From Trichinella spiralis (Eukaryota), in the NCBI RefSeq assembly GCF_000181795.1, contig NW_003526941.1, forward strand, positions 10,417,068 to 10,481,067: a stretch of DNA of 64,000 nucleotides. Reading direction: 5' to 3'. A program made the position numbers and the translations under genes. The notes under the pieces were generated by a model, which saw nothing but the letters and a program-made list of their open reading frames with translations, did not search any database and was not told the DNA's origin. Below are positions 37,999 to 56,800 of this stretch, piece after piece (position 1 is the first letter of the stretch; each line of letters starts with the position of its first letter).

Positions 37999-39361
37999 TT
38001 ATTTCAATAACGATTTCAGCCATTTCACTTGAGATGTAACTTTCGTATAGAAGCCAGGATGTTTACTATCACCACAGCCTTTTCCCAAGCTGACAATTCC
38101 CATCAACGTGAAAGTCTTTTTGTCTTTACAAACCAATGGTCCACCTGAATCACCCTAAAATAGACGAATGGAATTGAAATATTTTTCACATTTATAAATT
38201 GACATAAGAACGCACATTGCAAGAATCTCTATCACCAGCTTCACTTCCTGCACAAAACTGCTTTGTAGAATCAAATTTTGGCAAATTGCACTTGCTGTCT
38301 GAAAATATGTCCACATCTACTTGTTTCAGTGTTTTACTTGTGGCGCCATTTTCTGTAAAAGAAGGAATTTTTGAATTAAAAAAACATGCGATTTTAATTT
38401 TATTTTTAAAAAATTCTCACTTGATGTAGCACCCCATCCAGTTACATAGCATGTTTTTGGCAATTTGTCATCCTTTTTCGGCAAACATATTGGCGATATT
38501 TGCGGAGAATAAGCAACTTCTCTTTCCAATTCCAACACTGCGATGTCATTGTGCAAAGATCTAACGTCATATCCGTTCATGTGCACCTGCTTTACTTTAA
38601 CCTTTTGGGCAGAAGCTTCTTGTGCATCTATATCATGCGCTCCAAGTGTAACGGTAATTTTATCGGGAGACACAACCTGGGAGCTGTAAATGAAGTTTAT
38701 TGCAGATACAAGTGACAAAAGAAGATGATGAAACAATTAAAAGAAAAAAGAACAAACAGCATGTGTAAGCTTGTGATATTACTTTAAAGAAAGAAATCGA
38801 AAAATGTATAAAAATTTAAAAATAAACAGAAACACTTTAATTACCCTTGTTGTACACAGTGAGCCGCTGTGACTACAAATGCACTAGATGTGCCTGATTT
38901 ACCAGGCAACAGCGCACCGCCGCAACTTCCAGCACCGTTTCCAATTTGAATAGAAAGATGAGCTTGCCATGGATATGAATGGGGAACGGCATCACTACCG
39001 CCTACAATACGATTAGCCCCACCGGGTAATTTGGGTTCAATTTTAGGTATACCACATTCCTTTTTTGCCTAAAAATAACCATTACAAATTTGAAACGATT
39101 TGAACAATTTTTTCTTTTGGTACACAGGCTAAATATTATTAAATAAAATACGTTATACTTTTATTTTTGAACAACGACAAATCGGATAAGCAGGAAAAAA
39201 TTACTCACAAGTATTTAATAAAAAATCTCGCTTAATTCAAAATTTATTATTTAATAAAAATTGAAGAAGAACAAAATTCCCCTTGGTAAAAATCTTAAAT
39301 TGCCTACTTCAGAAACTGCAACTGCAGCCAACAAAACCGCAAGCAGCTGAAAACAATGCAT
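37999..39361 (-). CDS. Secreted S1A trypsin-like serine protease
   Basis: Exons 39361-39308, 39068-38845, 38683-38421, 38352-38216, 38154-37999. Signal peptide [19 protein letters not shown]; activation site R|IVGG; TAAHC, NDIAVL, DSCNGDSGGPL (triad intact; Asp at S1 position). Confidence 0.96.
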
Positions 39362-40608
39362 TTCTATTTCAATTCTTCAGACAAGATAATAATTTTTCAT
39401 CAGCTTATAAACAACTTATAACTACACAATCGTTCGGATGACGTTCTCGAAAATAAATAAGTAATTCTATGCAAGCAGTGAAATATTCAAAGGTGCATTA
39501 TTTGTTCAGAATTCGTTGTTTGATAATCATTGTATTCATTTTTGGTGAAAAGAAAAGGCAGTTCATTGGAAAACAGAATAATAAAACAGTAGCTAAACAT
39601 CGAATAAAAACAAAACAGATAACAGATAATACCGTTCACATGCAAAACAATGTGTAAATACGGATAATATCAATTGAATTTTTACAAAAACAAACAATAT
39701 GAGAAGAAATTTTAATAAAGATTAATTGAAATGGATCATAGATATAAAAATTAAAAAATTAATAAACTGCTTACAGAATAGATATAAACCTGTGTTTGAA
39801 TAAACAAATGCAACAGCTTAAAAAACGAACTCGAGAGAAATTATTCTACTGATTTGCATTAATCTAGTGCAAATTGGAAAAATAATTGATCAAGCACAGC
39901 ATGCTGCTGGAAAATGCAAAATTGGAATTCAGGTTTGTTGATTTTATCGTAGAAGAAGACAAATTAAAAAGAAATACAAACCTCTACTGACGCTTAATTT
40001 CTTCAGCATTTCAGAAAAATGCAATGGGCATGTGAGATTCGTTAATTTTTTGAAACAAAATATTCACCTAAATAATACAGAATAAAAATGAAAGACTATC
40101 TATCTATCGAAAAGAATTTCAGTCAAAAGAGTGCAATATGAGAAACATCACTACAAAAAATTGATGCATGCTTATTCTTTGCAAATTTGTGGTTGCCAAT
40201 GAATCGAAGAGAAAATGAAACAGAATTCAACTGAATAGTATTCAGTTCCATTTGAAATTTGCTGTCAAATCAAAGAAATAAAATTTGAAATTTCAAATAC
40301 TTTACTCAGGCACAGCAGAGCTATAATATGATGAGCAAGTAAACTGATAAAAGTTTGCCTTCTTCACTTGGATAAAGGCAACAATTCTCACAATATTATC
40401 CCAACAAAGAAAGCACGAAATGCAAATTCGACCTTTCTGAAAAGTTCACTCATTAAAAATTAATAAACAGATTTCACTAATATTCAAATAAATTAATTAT
40501 CCAATTGAAAGAGAAATGAATATCAATCAGTTCAAATACGGCAACTTTTAACAATTTCAACGCGATGAGAAGAAACAAAACAACTGAAAAATGAAAATGA
40601 ACTGAAAT

Positions 40609-42830
40609 TTAAATGCAACCCCCAAATAGTCTGCACAGTGAGACGATGGATTCGCGCAAGTCTCCATTTATATAACAATACAGGACGCCATAGAAAGCTT
40701 CGATGATATCGGAAAAAACGTACAAAGTCATTCGAACAGTGTACATGGAGATAGTTCTGGTCACGAAGCATCCCCAGAGCAATGGCAAGCCTCGGAAAAT
40801 GAACTCTGAAAATACAATAATTGACAAACGACTTGTCACTGCCAAATAATCGTTGGCAAAGCTCCAAGTGGTACAGTGGACCTCTTTCCGACGTTTGACA
40901 TACGCTCTGAGCAGAGCCATGATGACAATTGCTACAGCGGCAAACAGCCCAAACATATGCATATACTTTTGAAATTTTTGATGATACCATGGTACCGCTG
41001 ACCAGTAAATACAGTTCTGCTTTATCATACAATCTGAGCGCAGTAGAAAAGTTTCTATCCAAGCTCCGATCACATAGAACAAACTCAACACGTAAACTGA
41101 TATTACGCCAAAAGTGGTCACCTTTTTCATGTTTTTCACTTCCAACAGCACTGCACACATGCGATCCACGGCCAAATATACAAGCAAAAATGGTCTCAGT
41201 ATGTAATTGAAGTAGCTTAACGTTACATCTGGATGCGTGAGAAGGCATTCTTTTACAGGAACCATAGGAAAATAGTTGCGCTTTCGTAAATTGCTGAAAC
41301 GGATTCCATTCAACAAATAGCCAATTCCATTCAACTGTAGAGCAAAAAAATAAGCTAAAAATGTCTGCATAAATTATAAAGAAATTTCTTAAAATTCAAA
41401 TGCAAATTATATATGTATATTTACTTATTCATTTATTTATTATTTGTTCATTATATTTTTATTCAACTAATACAAATGCAAAAATTTAGATCGATTTCCA
41501 ATTTCTCAGCTACCAATCTATTATAACTGTGATATAATTGTATTTTCTATAAACTACGTATATAAGAAATTAAAATGATCAAATTAAAATTTCAATTATT
41601 TCACATTAAAACTAATTTCTGAAAATGAGTTAAAATGTGATTTATCTATTTTGGTTGCTTTACTTTTAGTATCAGAATTGAAATGGAAATGCAATTATAA
41701 ACCATCTCAAAAATATCATCAAATCATTGGTTACTGGCCAGAGGTGGAAGGTTTCACTCCAGCCAGCTGAAAACTACAAACGCAGTGCAGATATTACAGC
41801 GAAGGAATAATATTTCCAATTTCAACGTTGGCAATATTTCAAAAGGAAAAAATTCTCATGAGAACACTGCAATGCGATCTAATTCTTTTCATAATCAAAG
41901 CCGAAGCTTAATTAAAATATTATTTGCTCAGAATATTAGAAACGTCAAACCAGAAGAAGACCGTACAATCAATAAAAAGCCCCTCCAACGCATTTCAACA
42001 ATATTAATTAACTCTATTTTTCATCTTTCATACGTTTTACTTATAAAATTAGATATCTTCACGCTGTTGTTAAAAAAAAACAAAACACTGATAAAAAATA
42101 TAATTAAGCTGAAATTCAATCAATTTCAAAAAGCCCTTTGATATTTAATCAAAAAATGAACAAATGATTTCTTCACTTCTGCTCGCTTTTGGCATTTACT
42201 TTTGACAGTTCTCTTCTACTAACAATATAAAGCTGTAAAACAAGTTATAAATTAAAAAATATTAAACATTATATTGAAAAAAATTCTTTCAAAATAAATA
42301 ATTTAAGCAAAAATCGTCAGCCGTTGGCAAAATTAGCTAACTAAATAATCGCAATATATAAACGCTAATGTCTGTCTACTTTTAAATGGAAAAATTAACA
42401 ACTGCACAAGCAGCAAATTGCATCACATTACCATAATTATAATCGAATTAATTGTTAATTAGCATTTTGTTCACTTTTATCCAAAAAAATGAACAGTAAT
42501 AAGTTTAAAGTTTCATCCACTTCCCATTTTTAAATGTACAAGATGAACATTCCATTCCCTTTCGGTTCTGTTTCAAGAAAAAATAATTACATTGAATTTG
42601 TTTGAGATTGAATTGAATCATTTCAAAAATAAAAAATCTCACATACCTGCTAGAAGAATCATTTCTGCGTTGAATCGACGCCTTGACAAGAAAACTGTTT
42701 CAATGAAAGTTACCGCTGAAATGGTCAAAACACCGCCCACTTGTCGTACAATCGTAACAAATGATGCAGACTGCATGGGCAGTTCGAAATGGTCCGTCAC
42801 GTTCACCTTGTAAAGACTTTTCTCCACCAT
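40609..42830 (-). CDS. Seven-transmembrane serpentine/chemoreceptor-type GPCR
   Basis: Exon 42830-42647 (G|gtatgt) splices in phase to ttttag|41354-40609. About 310 aa with several hydrophobic helices, a DRY-like LAVDRM at the end of TM3 and a YCYINGDLR TM7/helix-8-like end. Confidence 0.75.
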
Positions 42831-43836
42831 TTCTGATTTCTATCTAAAAACCATATAAATTTAAACATATATTAGAAAAAAAACGGTCATATTCTATTCA
42901 TATTTAAAACGTTGGTGAAAAATTGAACCATGTCACACTTGATGACGTTTACCGATCACATATGCAAAATACAGAAGTAATGAAATCTGCAAATAGCAAA
43001 TGATAAGCGACGTGAAAAAATTACCATCAATATTTTTCGCCTTGTTACAGCCGCTTTAAATGATGATTCATTATTCCAGACAAACGGCAGCAGAAACAAT
43101 TATATTGAAGAAGAAGCACAATGCCGCCTATGTGATAAAAATGTCCACACATCAGAAGAGATTTGGTTCTTCTTGTCGTAAAAATGGTGCTTCTTTTCAG
43201 TCGACATTTCACCATCAAGTTGCCTTGATCCCATTGGAAAATAGAAATTTACCAAAAGTGTATTTTTAATAATTCAAAATACAAACTAAAACAAACGCAG
43301 AATTCACTGTTTGTACAACTGTAACGTAGGGGAGTGTAAAAAGTCAACGGTCACAGGCAATGTTCTTCTCAATAAACAATAATTTAATTTCAAGCAACCA
43401 ATAGTCAACTATGCTTTACTGAAGCCTTCATTTGCCAGAAATAGAAAATCGTTCTTCTTTTTATAAAGCAAAACCCAATCCACGTTGTTCATACAACTAA
43501 TTCAGTTCAGCAGCAAGTATGAAATTATCTCATTACAAAACTTCCAACTAAATAAACTAATAAAATGGTGATTATCGCCATATTCGAAAAAAACCAAATA
43601 ATACAATCATACATCCAAATGGACTATTCTTCTTAGTATTGTGACAGTGAAAAATTATTTAACTACAAAAAAGAGAAGAGAAAAGTAATAAACCGACATA
43701 TAAATTTGTGATTTTATTAAAATCAAACATGCCAGTCGATATAAAAAAATATAATACAGGAAAAAGTGCATGTTAAATGATAAATGTGCAAATTAAAATT
43801 TTGTTTCATTAATTAGTATAGTATGCAAAATAATAC

Positions 43837-47680
<3,844 letters not shown>

Positions 47681-48138
47681 TATTGAAAAACAATGATAAA
47701 AAGTGAGCCAACTTCGTTGGGATAAAAAAGTGATCTTCAAGTAACAAAACAGTAAGATTTTATTGAAATAAGTAGAACGCATTTATTTAAATTTCAAATA
47801 TTACAAAGTCATTTTATAAAGTAGATTAATTTATTAATTATTATAATTTCAATTTTAGTATAACATTTCAAATATAATATATTTTCAAATGTGAAATAAA
47901 GAAAAAACAATTCTTATTTTTTACAAAAAGCATATCTATTTGAAGTTGAAATGATTTCCTGAATACATTTATAGCATTGAAAATTTGTTGCAAAAAATTG
48001 TTTATCTTAAATTCACGTTCAAGTTTTACCTGCTTGCTTATCTAATGCATAGCTTTAGGGACATATAGTAATGCAGCTAACATTGTCATAACTAACACAT
48101 ATTAGTCGTGAATGAGATTACGCAACTAAAGTGAGCGG

Positions 48139-50572
<2,434 letters not shown>

Positions 50573-50944
50573 CGAAAATAGTAGTGTTTCGTTTACTTGG
50601 AATAATTTTCTTTCGATTTTATTTAGTCTGAGCTGAATTGACATGAATTCTTATCGAATAATGGTGGGCGCGATTTATCGTAATCGTAATGCAACAAGTA
50701 CTAAATAAACATTTCAGAGTAAGCTTTGTGGTTCCATTTGAAAACTGTCAACCGTTTATCATACAATGAAGAACTGTTGAATGGTTTGGTTGAAGTTAAT
50801 ATGTGTACATACAGGCAAATTAAATTTAGATAAACGGAAAATATCACAAACTATTTAAACGCATCAACAAGAACGTAACCGATAATTGCAGCAATCTTTT
50901 TTCTTTTGAAAGTTGTGCAGAATTTTTCTACAGAATTTCTGAAA

Positions 50945-53360
50945 ATGATTGTTGCTGTTCTCCTGTTCACTCTGTTCTTACAACATTCCTACTCGGCATA
51001 TTATGAAGATCGATTTGGAACATTTCTAGGCAACGTGGACAAATTGAAAAATAAATTCGAAACAGATTGGCAGGTAATATAACAATAATGGAGCTGGTAA
51101 TTAATTATTGCATGGTGAGAATTATTTCTATTATTATTTTTTGTATTGTATAATAAACCTTGTTCATAATAAACTACTTATTGTCCCAATCATCTGTTGA
51201 AAGCAAAATCCTTGAAGAAAACAACAATAAAATCATATAATTACCTGTTCTTTATAACTTTGTCGACATCGATGGTTGAACGTTGTTTTTCTTTCTTCAG
51301 TCTGATTGTGACATTTCTTCATAATCAATTATGGATCACATTTTCAACAGCTAAAATAACCGTCACTGTTAAAAGAAAATATTTATTTGTTTGATATGAT
51401 AAATTAACGATGCGCAGCAGTGTAACGTAACAATTTAGTCGAGTTGCATTACGATAAAATAAAAGCAAATATTTATTTACATAGCTGATGCAACTCCATG
51501 TAGCAACTGTAAGTTTTGTTCGTGAATATATTTTCGAAATAAATTACTTATTTTCATGTTTCCTAATTATAATCATTATCAGAATAATGCCGAGAAGAAT
51601 GAAACTGAAATGAAAAACAAAACAAAACACTATCCCCATAAGCAGTTTGCCATAATTATTCCAATTGAACCTGACTTTCAATTTTCTACAGAATACTGAA
51701 AATGAAGAAAAATACAATTTCAGTAATTGTGCAAAGCGTTTTTTACTTTTTTCTGCAAAATAAGCTCAGCAATACAATCGATTGCATAATTTAAATATCT
51801 AAGCAGTATTTTTAAAAAGTTAAAAATCAAACATTTAAATTACAAGATGAAGTATTGTTCTATGGTAAAACCGATAACATTTTGCGTTCTTTTTCAATGT
51901 AATGAATAAGACATGCAAAAAAAACTAGAGAGCAGAAGAATGCACGTTTGCATTTAAAAAAACACCAACCCAATGAGACAAAGTTACGTACCGTTAGAAA
52001 ATTCAGTAATCAAAGTCCTATTTATAATATGTAAAATAGCTTTTTTCGTTTTTTTTTCATGAACAATACAACAAGAGTTAATGTAGCCTTTGAATGAGGA
52101 TAAAAAAATGTTTTTCATACAGTTTGGTTTGAACGAATATTTCAAAGGCATGTCGAAAGAGGATATTCGAATTCGTGTCGACGGTTTGTCAAAACAATTG
52201 GCAAAATTTAAATTGGCCAACAAAAGAGAAAACGCAATTCGAAATCAACAGAATTATACAGATGCAAAAAGTGAATCATTACCTTTGGAAGAGCATTTCG
52301 ACGCTCGTGAAAAGTGGCCAGAATGCAAGTACATTGGCTTCATCAAAGACCAGTCAACTTGTTCCTGTTGCTGGGTTAGTGGAGATTTTCTTTACCACTA
52401 TGATCAGTGGAAAATTATTTTGCTGTTCGATTTTTCTTCCTCCTCTTCTCACTGGTTGTTCATATCCACATTTAAGGCCATGTCCAGCGCTTCGGTGATG
52501 ACAGATCGAACTTGTATTGCATACAAAGGTGAACAGCAACCATTTCTGTCCGACGAAGAGCTGACTTCATGTTGTACAAGTTGTGGATATGGGTTTGTGC
52601 CGCTATGAAAATTTATTTTAAAAAGAAAAAAAAAGTTTTTCTTCTTACACCACATTTCAGATGCAACGGTGGTTTTCCGCTGTTGGCGTTCAAATATTGG
52701 AATGAAATTGGTGTGCCTACCGGTGGACCGTACGGTTCCAAATCAGGCTGCAAGCCATTTTCCATAGCACCGCCAACCAGCAGTTCGACTGCAGCACAGA
52801 CACCTCTGTGTCAACTGAAATGCATTTCTGATTACAAACGCAAACTGGACAAAGACCGTTATTATGGTATATATATATATATATATAACAATTAGGCAGA
52901 CTAACCAACAGACTAATCTTTTATTCCTAATCGTTATAAAAGGTGAAAGTTACTATCTGATTACCAGCTCTAATCAGCCTGTGAAAACCATTCAACGTGA
53001 AATTATGGATCATGGTCCGGTAGTGGCTGCAATGGAAATTTTTGAAAGTTTCTTGTATTACAAATCCGGAGTCTATTCTGCAAACAAGCGTAATGATGAT
53101 CCGTCGCTCGGTTTACACGCGGTAAAGCTGATCGGTTGGGGTGAGCAGAAGAGAATACCCTACTGGCTTGTCGTCAACTCTTGGAACACCACCTTCGGCG
53201 AACAAGGTAAACCGATCTAGTACAAATACAAAGCATACGTAACCACCAACAATGAAATCAATAATTTGAATATTTAAAATTAGGTTTATTCAAAATTCGA
53301 CGCGGTACCAACGAATGCGGTATTGAAAATCTGCACGTCACAGCTGGCCTCGCAGAATGA
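50945..53360 (+). CDS. Secreted cathepsin B-like (C1A) cysteine protease
   Basis: Exons approx. 50945-51073, 52123-52374, 52478-52592, 52661-52867, 52943-53206, 53284-53360. Signal peptide MIVAVLLFTLFLQHSYS; FDAREKWPEC, DQSTCSCCWA, GCNGGFP, HAVKLIGWG, YWLVVNSW, RGTNECGIE. Confidence 0.94.
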
Positions 53361-53684
53361 GCAGGCAGGCAGGCAGGCGGGCAAATTACACGAGAACAAA
53401 AACGTTTCTTCCGTTTTTTTCTTCCTACTTCAAACACAATTAATATAATAAAAGATGCTGTAAATGAAAAAAGAAAAAGAAAGAAAATTCCCAGAGAAAC
53501 ACTCGACAAATAAATTTAGACAACAATTGTTTATTCACTGGACAGAGGGATAATAAACATAAAAGGTGGATTACTCTAATTTCACTACTATAATTTTTGA
53601 TTTGCTTTTTTAATTCCAAACACACAAGCACATATACATACACATAGATAGTGTGTATTGATTGATGTATAGATATGCAAAGCG

Positions 53685-53686
<2 letters not shown>

Positions 53687-53716
<30 letters not shown>
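53687..53716. repeat. (GT)n microsatellite between the convergent cathepsin and ZSWIM8 3' ends
   Basis: Run of tgtgtg... Confidence 0.9.
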
Positions 53717-53719
<3 letters not shown>

Positions 53720-53863
53720 ATAAGAAAAGAGTTGTTTGTGTATAGTGAGAGAGAAAGAGAGTAGTAGTATATGTAATGGTATGAGGGTATTATTGCGTAC
53801 TGTGGGCCATCATCAGCCTTAGTGCCAAACAGTTAGCAACTGAACAATGAAAACTTTTCTTCA

Positions 53864-56800
53864 TCATTTGATCGCGTTGACAATTTGATACCAAATATCT
53901 TTTTTGCATTTCTGCTGTTTACGCAACGTCTGCATGAAATTATGAAACTGACTCTCGCCGTCCGGCAAATAAGAGAACGCGGTTTTGGCCGTGCGAACCA
54001 AAGTGCACAAATCTTCGACGTCGTTGGCCAATATACGAGGCAAGCTGATCTTCTGCAACGCCACCCGGTAGAACGACGTCACCGTACAGCTGACCAAATT
54101 GTAAAAATACGGATCACTGTAGACAGGGGGCAAATATGGAGAAATGGCGGACGGGACGGAGGCGATCTTATTGGTCAAGAACGACGCCACGTCGGCGGTC
54201 AGTTCGTAAAAAATGAACGGACTGACCACGTAACGACAAGCTGCACTGCAGAAGCTCTGCACGTATTCCAAGCCCAACACTCTGCACACTTGCAGTAGCC
54301 ATTTCACGTCGTCACCGTAGGGCGGATTCGGAGAAAATTTCACATAGGTACGGTCTTCGGCATTTCGACGTTCCATCGTCTTCATCGCCAACATGCCGAC
54401 ACGGTACGCGGCGTGCAGGTAAAACGACGAGTTGCTGCTTTCCCGTTCCACAGATGTGCTGCCAGATGTATTGCCGTCAGTGGCTGCGACGACCAGATTG
54501 ATCGTCGGATCCGGTATGCCAAGCGACAAAATCGTCGGCGTTGTCAACTGGCCAGTGGGACCCAAATAGGCAGACATGCCAGGTCTGATCAGACCACCAC
54601 CTGGAATGGTCGGCGCGGGCGTGGTCAATCGCAGCCTCGGATTGACGCACATGTTCGAAACGTCGGGCCAGCAGATGGTCGGCGGTTGAGGTTGGTGAAA
54701 CAACGCCTGCGCGGCTGGCGCCGGCTGAAAAGGGCTATTCGGTAGCAACGGTACGTCGCGGAACACGTTGTAGCCAGTCTGCAAGCCGACTTGAACCGAA
54801 CCGGGCTGAGGCGGGGCTATTCGAATCAGCGGCGGCAGAACTGGATTGCCCTGTGGAGTGAGAATTGGAAACTGGGGCTGAAAGACATTGTCCGGTGTGG
54901 GAAACGCTGTACCGTAGCACATCAGCATCTGAGCCTGCTGGGCGTCCAGCATACCGTACGGATGACCGTGAGACGACAACGCCCCACTGGGCGTGGAAGG
55001 CATCGCCCTTTGACCGACCGCAGGTTCCACACCACCGGCAGGTGACGAAGTGGACGACGACGGTCCGGCCGAACTGAATGCCGCCGGCGAACGCTGCTGC
55101 GGCTCTTGCATGGGGCTGCCAGACGGACCCGAGCTGTCAACGTGAGCTGACCCTTCCGCAGTCGAGGTGGATTTTTCCGCATCCAACGCCCTTGTGTACA
55201 TTTCGTACCAAGTCTGCGCCACTTGGAACACCACATCCGGATAGATATCACTGGCCGCGGCCACTTGTTCAATAACAAGACAAGCACGTTCCAACATATT
55301 CTGGCCCTGGTCACGACACTGGGACAGTGCTCGTTGAATTTCGGCAGGACTGAGCCGGTGGGCGTAGTTCAACGCTTCCAAAGCCAACAACGCGGCCAAA
55401 CCCACCATGGTCTGATCGTGAGCCTGCGACGCTTTGTCCGCAATTGAAGCCACCTCGCTTGGCGTCAAATGATTCTGCCAGCTGTTGAACAAATAATCTA
55501 TTGCCGGCGGGCCAATTTCAGTCACTTGACTGCTGATCCAAGAGACGCAAGACGAATACGTTCGCGTGTACCAATTTGGCGAGATCTTATTGTGCAGTCC
55601 GATCGCGTGCAGGCCCACTTGAAATGCGAACAATTGCAACGGTCTGCAAACTGAAAAAAAAATGCCCAACAGTAAAAATTCACAAAACAAAAAAAATACA
55701 TAGTTCCTATGACTATGAAAAACCATTCTCTTCCACGTACCAACATTGGGTAGCGCTTGAATTGCGGCCGCAGGAGTGATAAATATTGCAGAAGAATGAG
55801 TTCCACCGGCTTCAGTTAAAATACGTTTTGCCAATTCCATCATAAAATGCACATGCGCTTCTGATGGTAAATCTGGATCTTGAATCCTGAAATGGAAGTG
55901 TTTTCAACGACGTTGACAACTGTACATAATTTCAAAACAAATTTCATTTTAAAAAAATGGATTATTTAGTCAAATTGTTCAATCAATAAATTATCAATAA
56001 ATTTAATCTGAAACTGATTTTTCTAATGAAAAAAAGAGAACTATTTATATATACCTTTGCGTTGAATCAGAAGGTGTGGATCCAGACAGTGCGGCATCAA
56101 TTACGGAATTTGGATCAGTGTTCAGTGCGAATGCCACATCAACGCTTATATCATAGTTGAGCGCCTGTACTGTACCGATAGTGTTGGCCAAATTGTAGCG
56201 CATGTTTTGATAATAAGAACCGGTGGTGTCCAAATAATTGCTCGGATATCGTTGCCTCGATTCGTCAATTACCGAAATCCTTTGATCGAATGAATTTTCG
56301 TCCGTCTGCATCCAACCGCCTTGAGTTCGCCTTGGATCATTTCTCAAGCTGACGTTTCTCACTTTTGCAGTTAAAGTATCAACAGAACTTTTAAAATTTT
56401 CAGAAGTTGTCCTATCCCCCCCACTGCCACCTCTCGATGAGCTTTCAGCACCAGTGTTGAAACCGTTTTCCGCAGAAAACGACTGATCATTTTCCTCACC
56501 ATACAGTATAAGTCTGACTTGAGATAAGATCGTATCCGGAGGATCAACCAATGATGCACCACCACGTACTGTAAAAAACAAATAAATTAAAAATCAGGAT
56601 AAAATACAATAATAATAAAAATAATAGTAACAATACCAGCTTCAACAACTCCAAGTCTGTCAGTTTGATAACGAATTTCGCAATAATTATTTTCCAACAA
56701 AGCATTCAACATTATAGATAAAACGTCAGTGTTGGTTTTGTAATGGCTAAGCAAGCTGAGTAAGAAGTCACCACGTTTTCGTCTCAACGATTCGAACAAC

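Noticed and set aside
40532..41248. 238-aa alternate-frame ORF overlapping the 7TM gene
   Set aside because: No domain or splice support; the other frame joins the upstream exon in phase and has receptor features.
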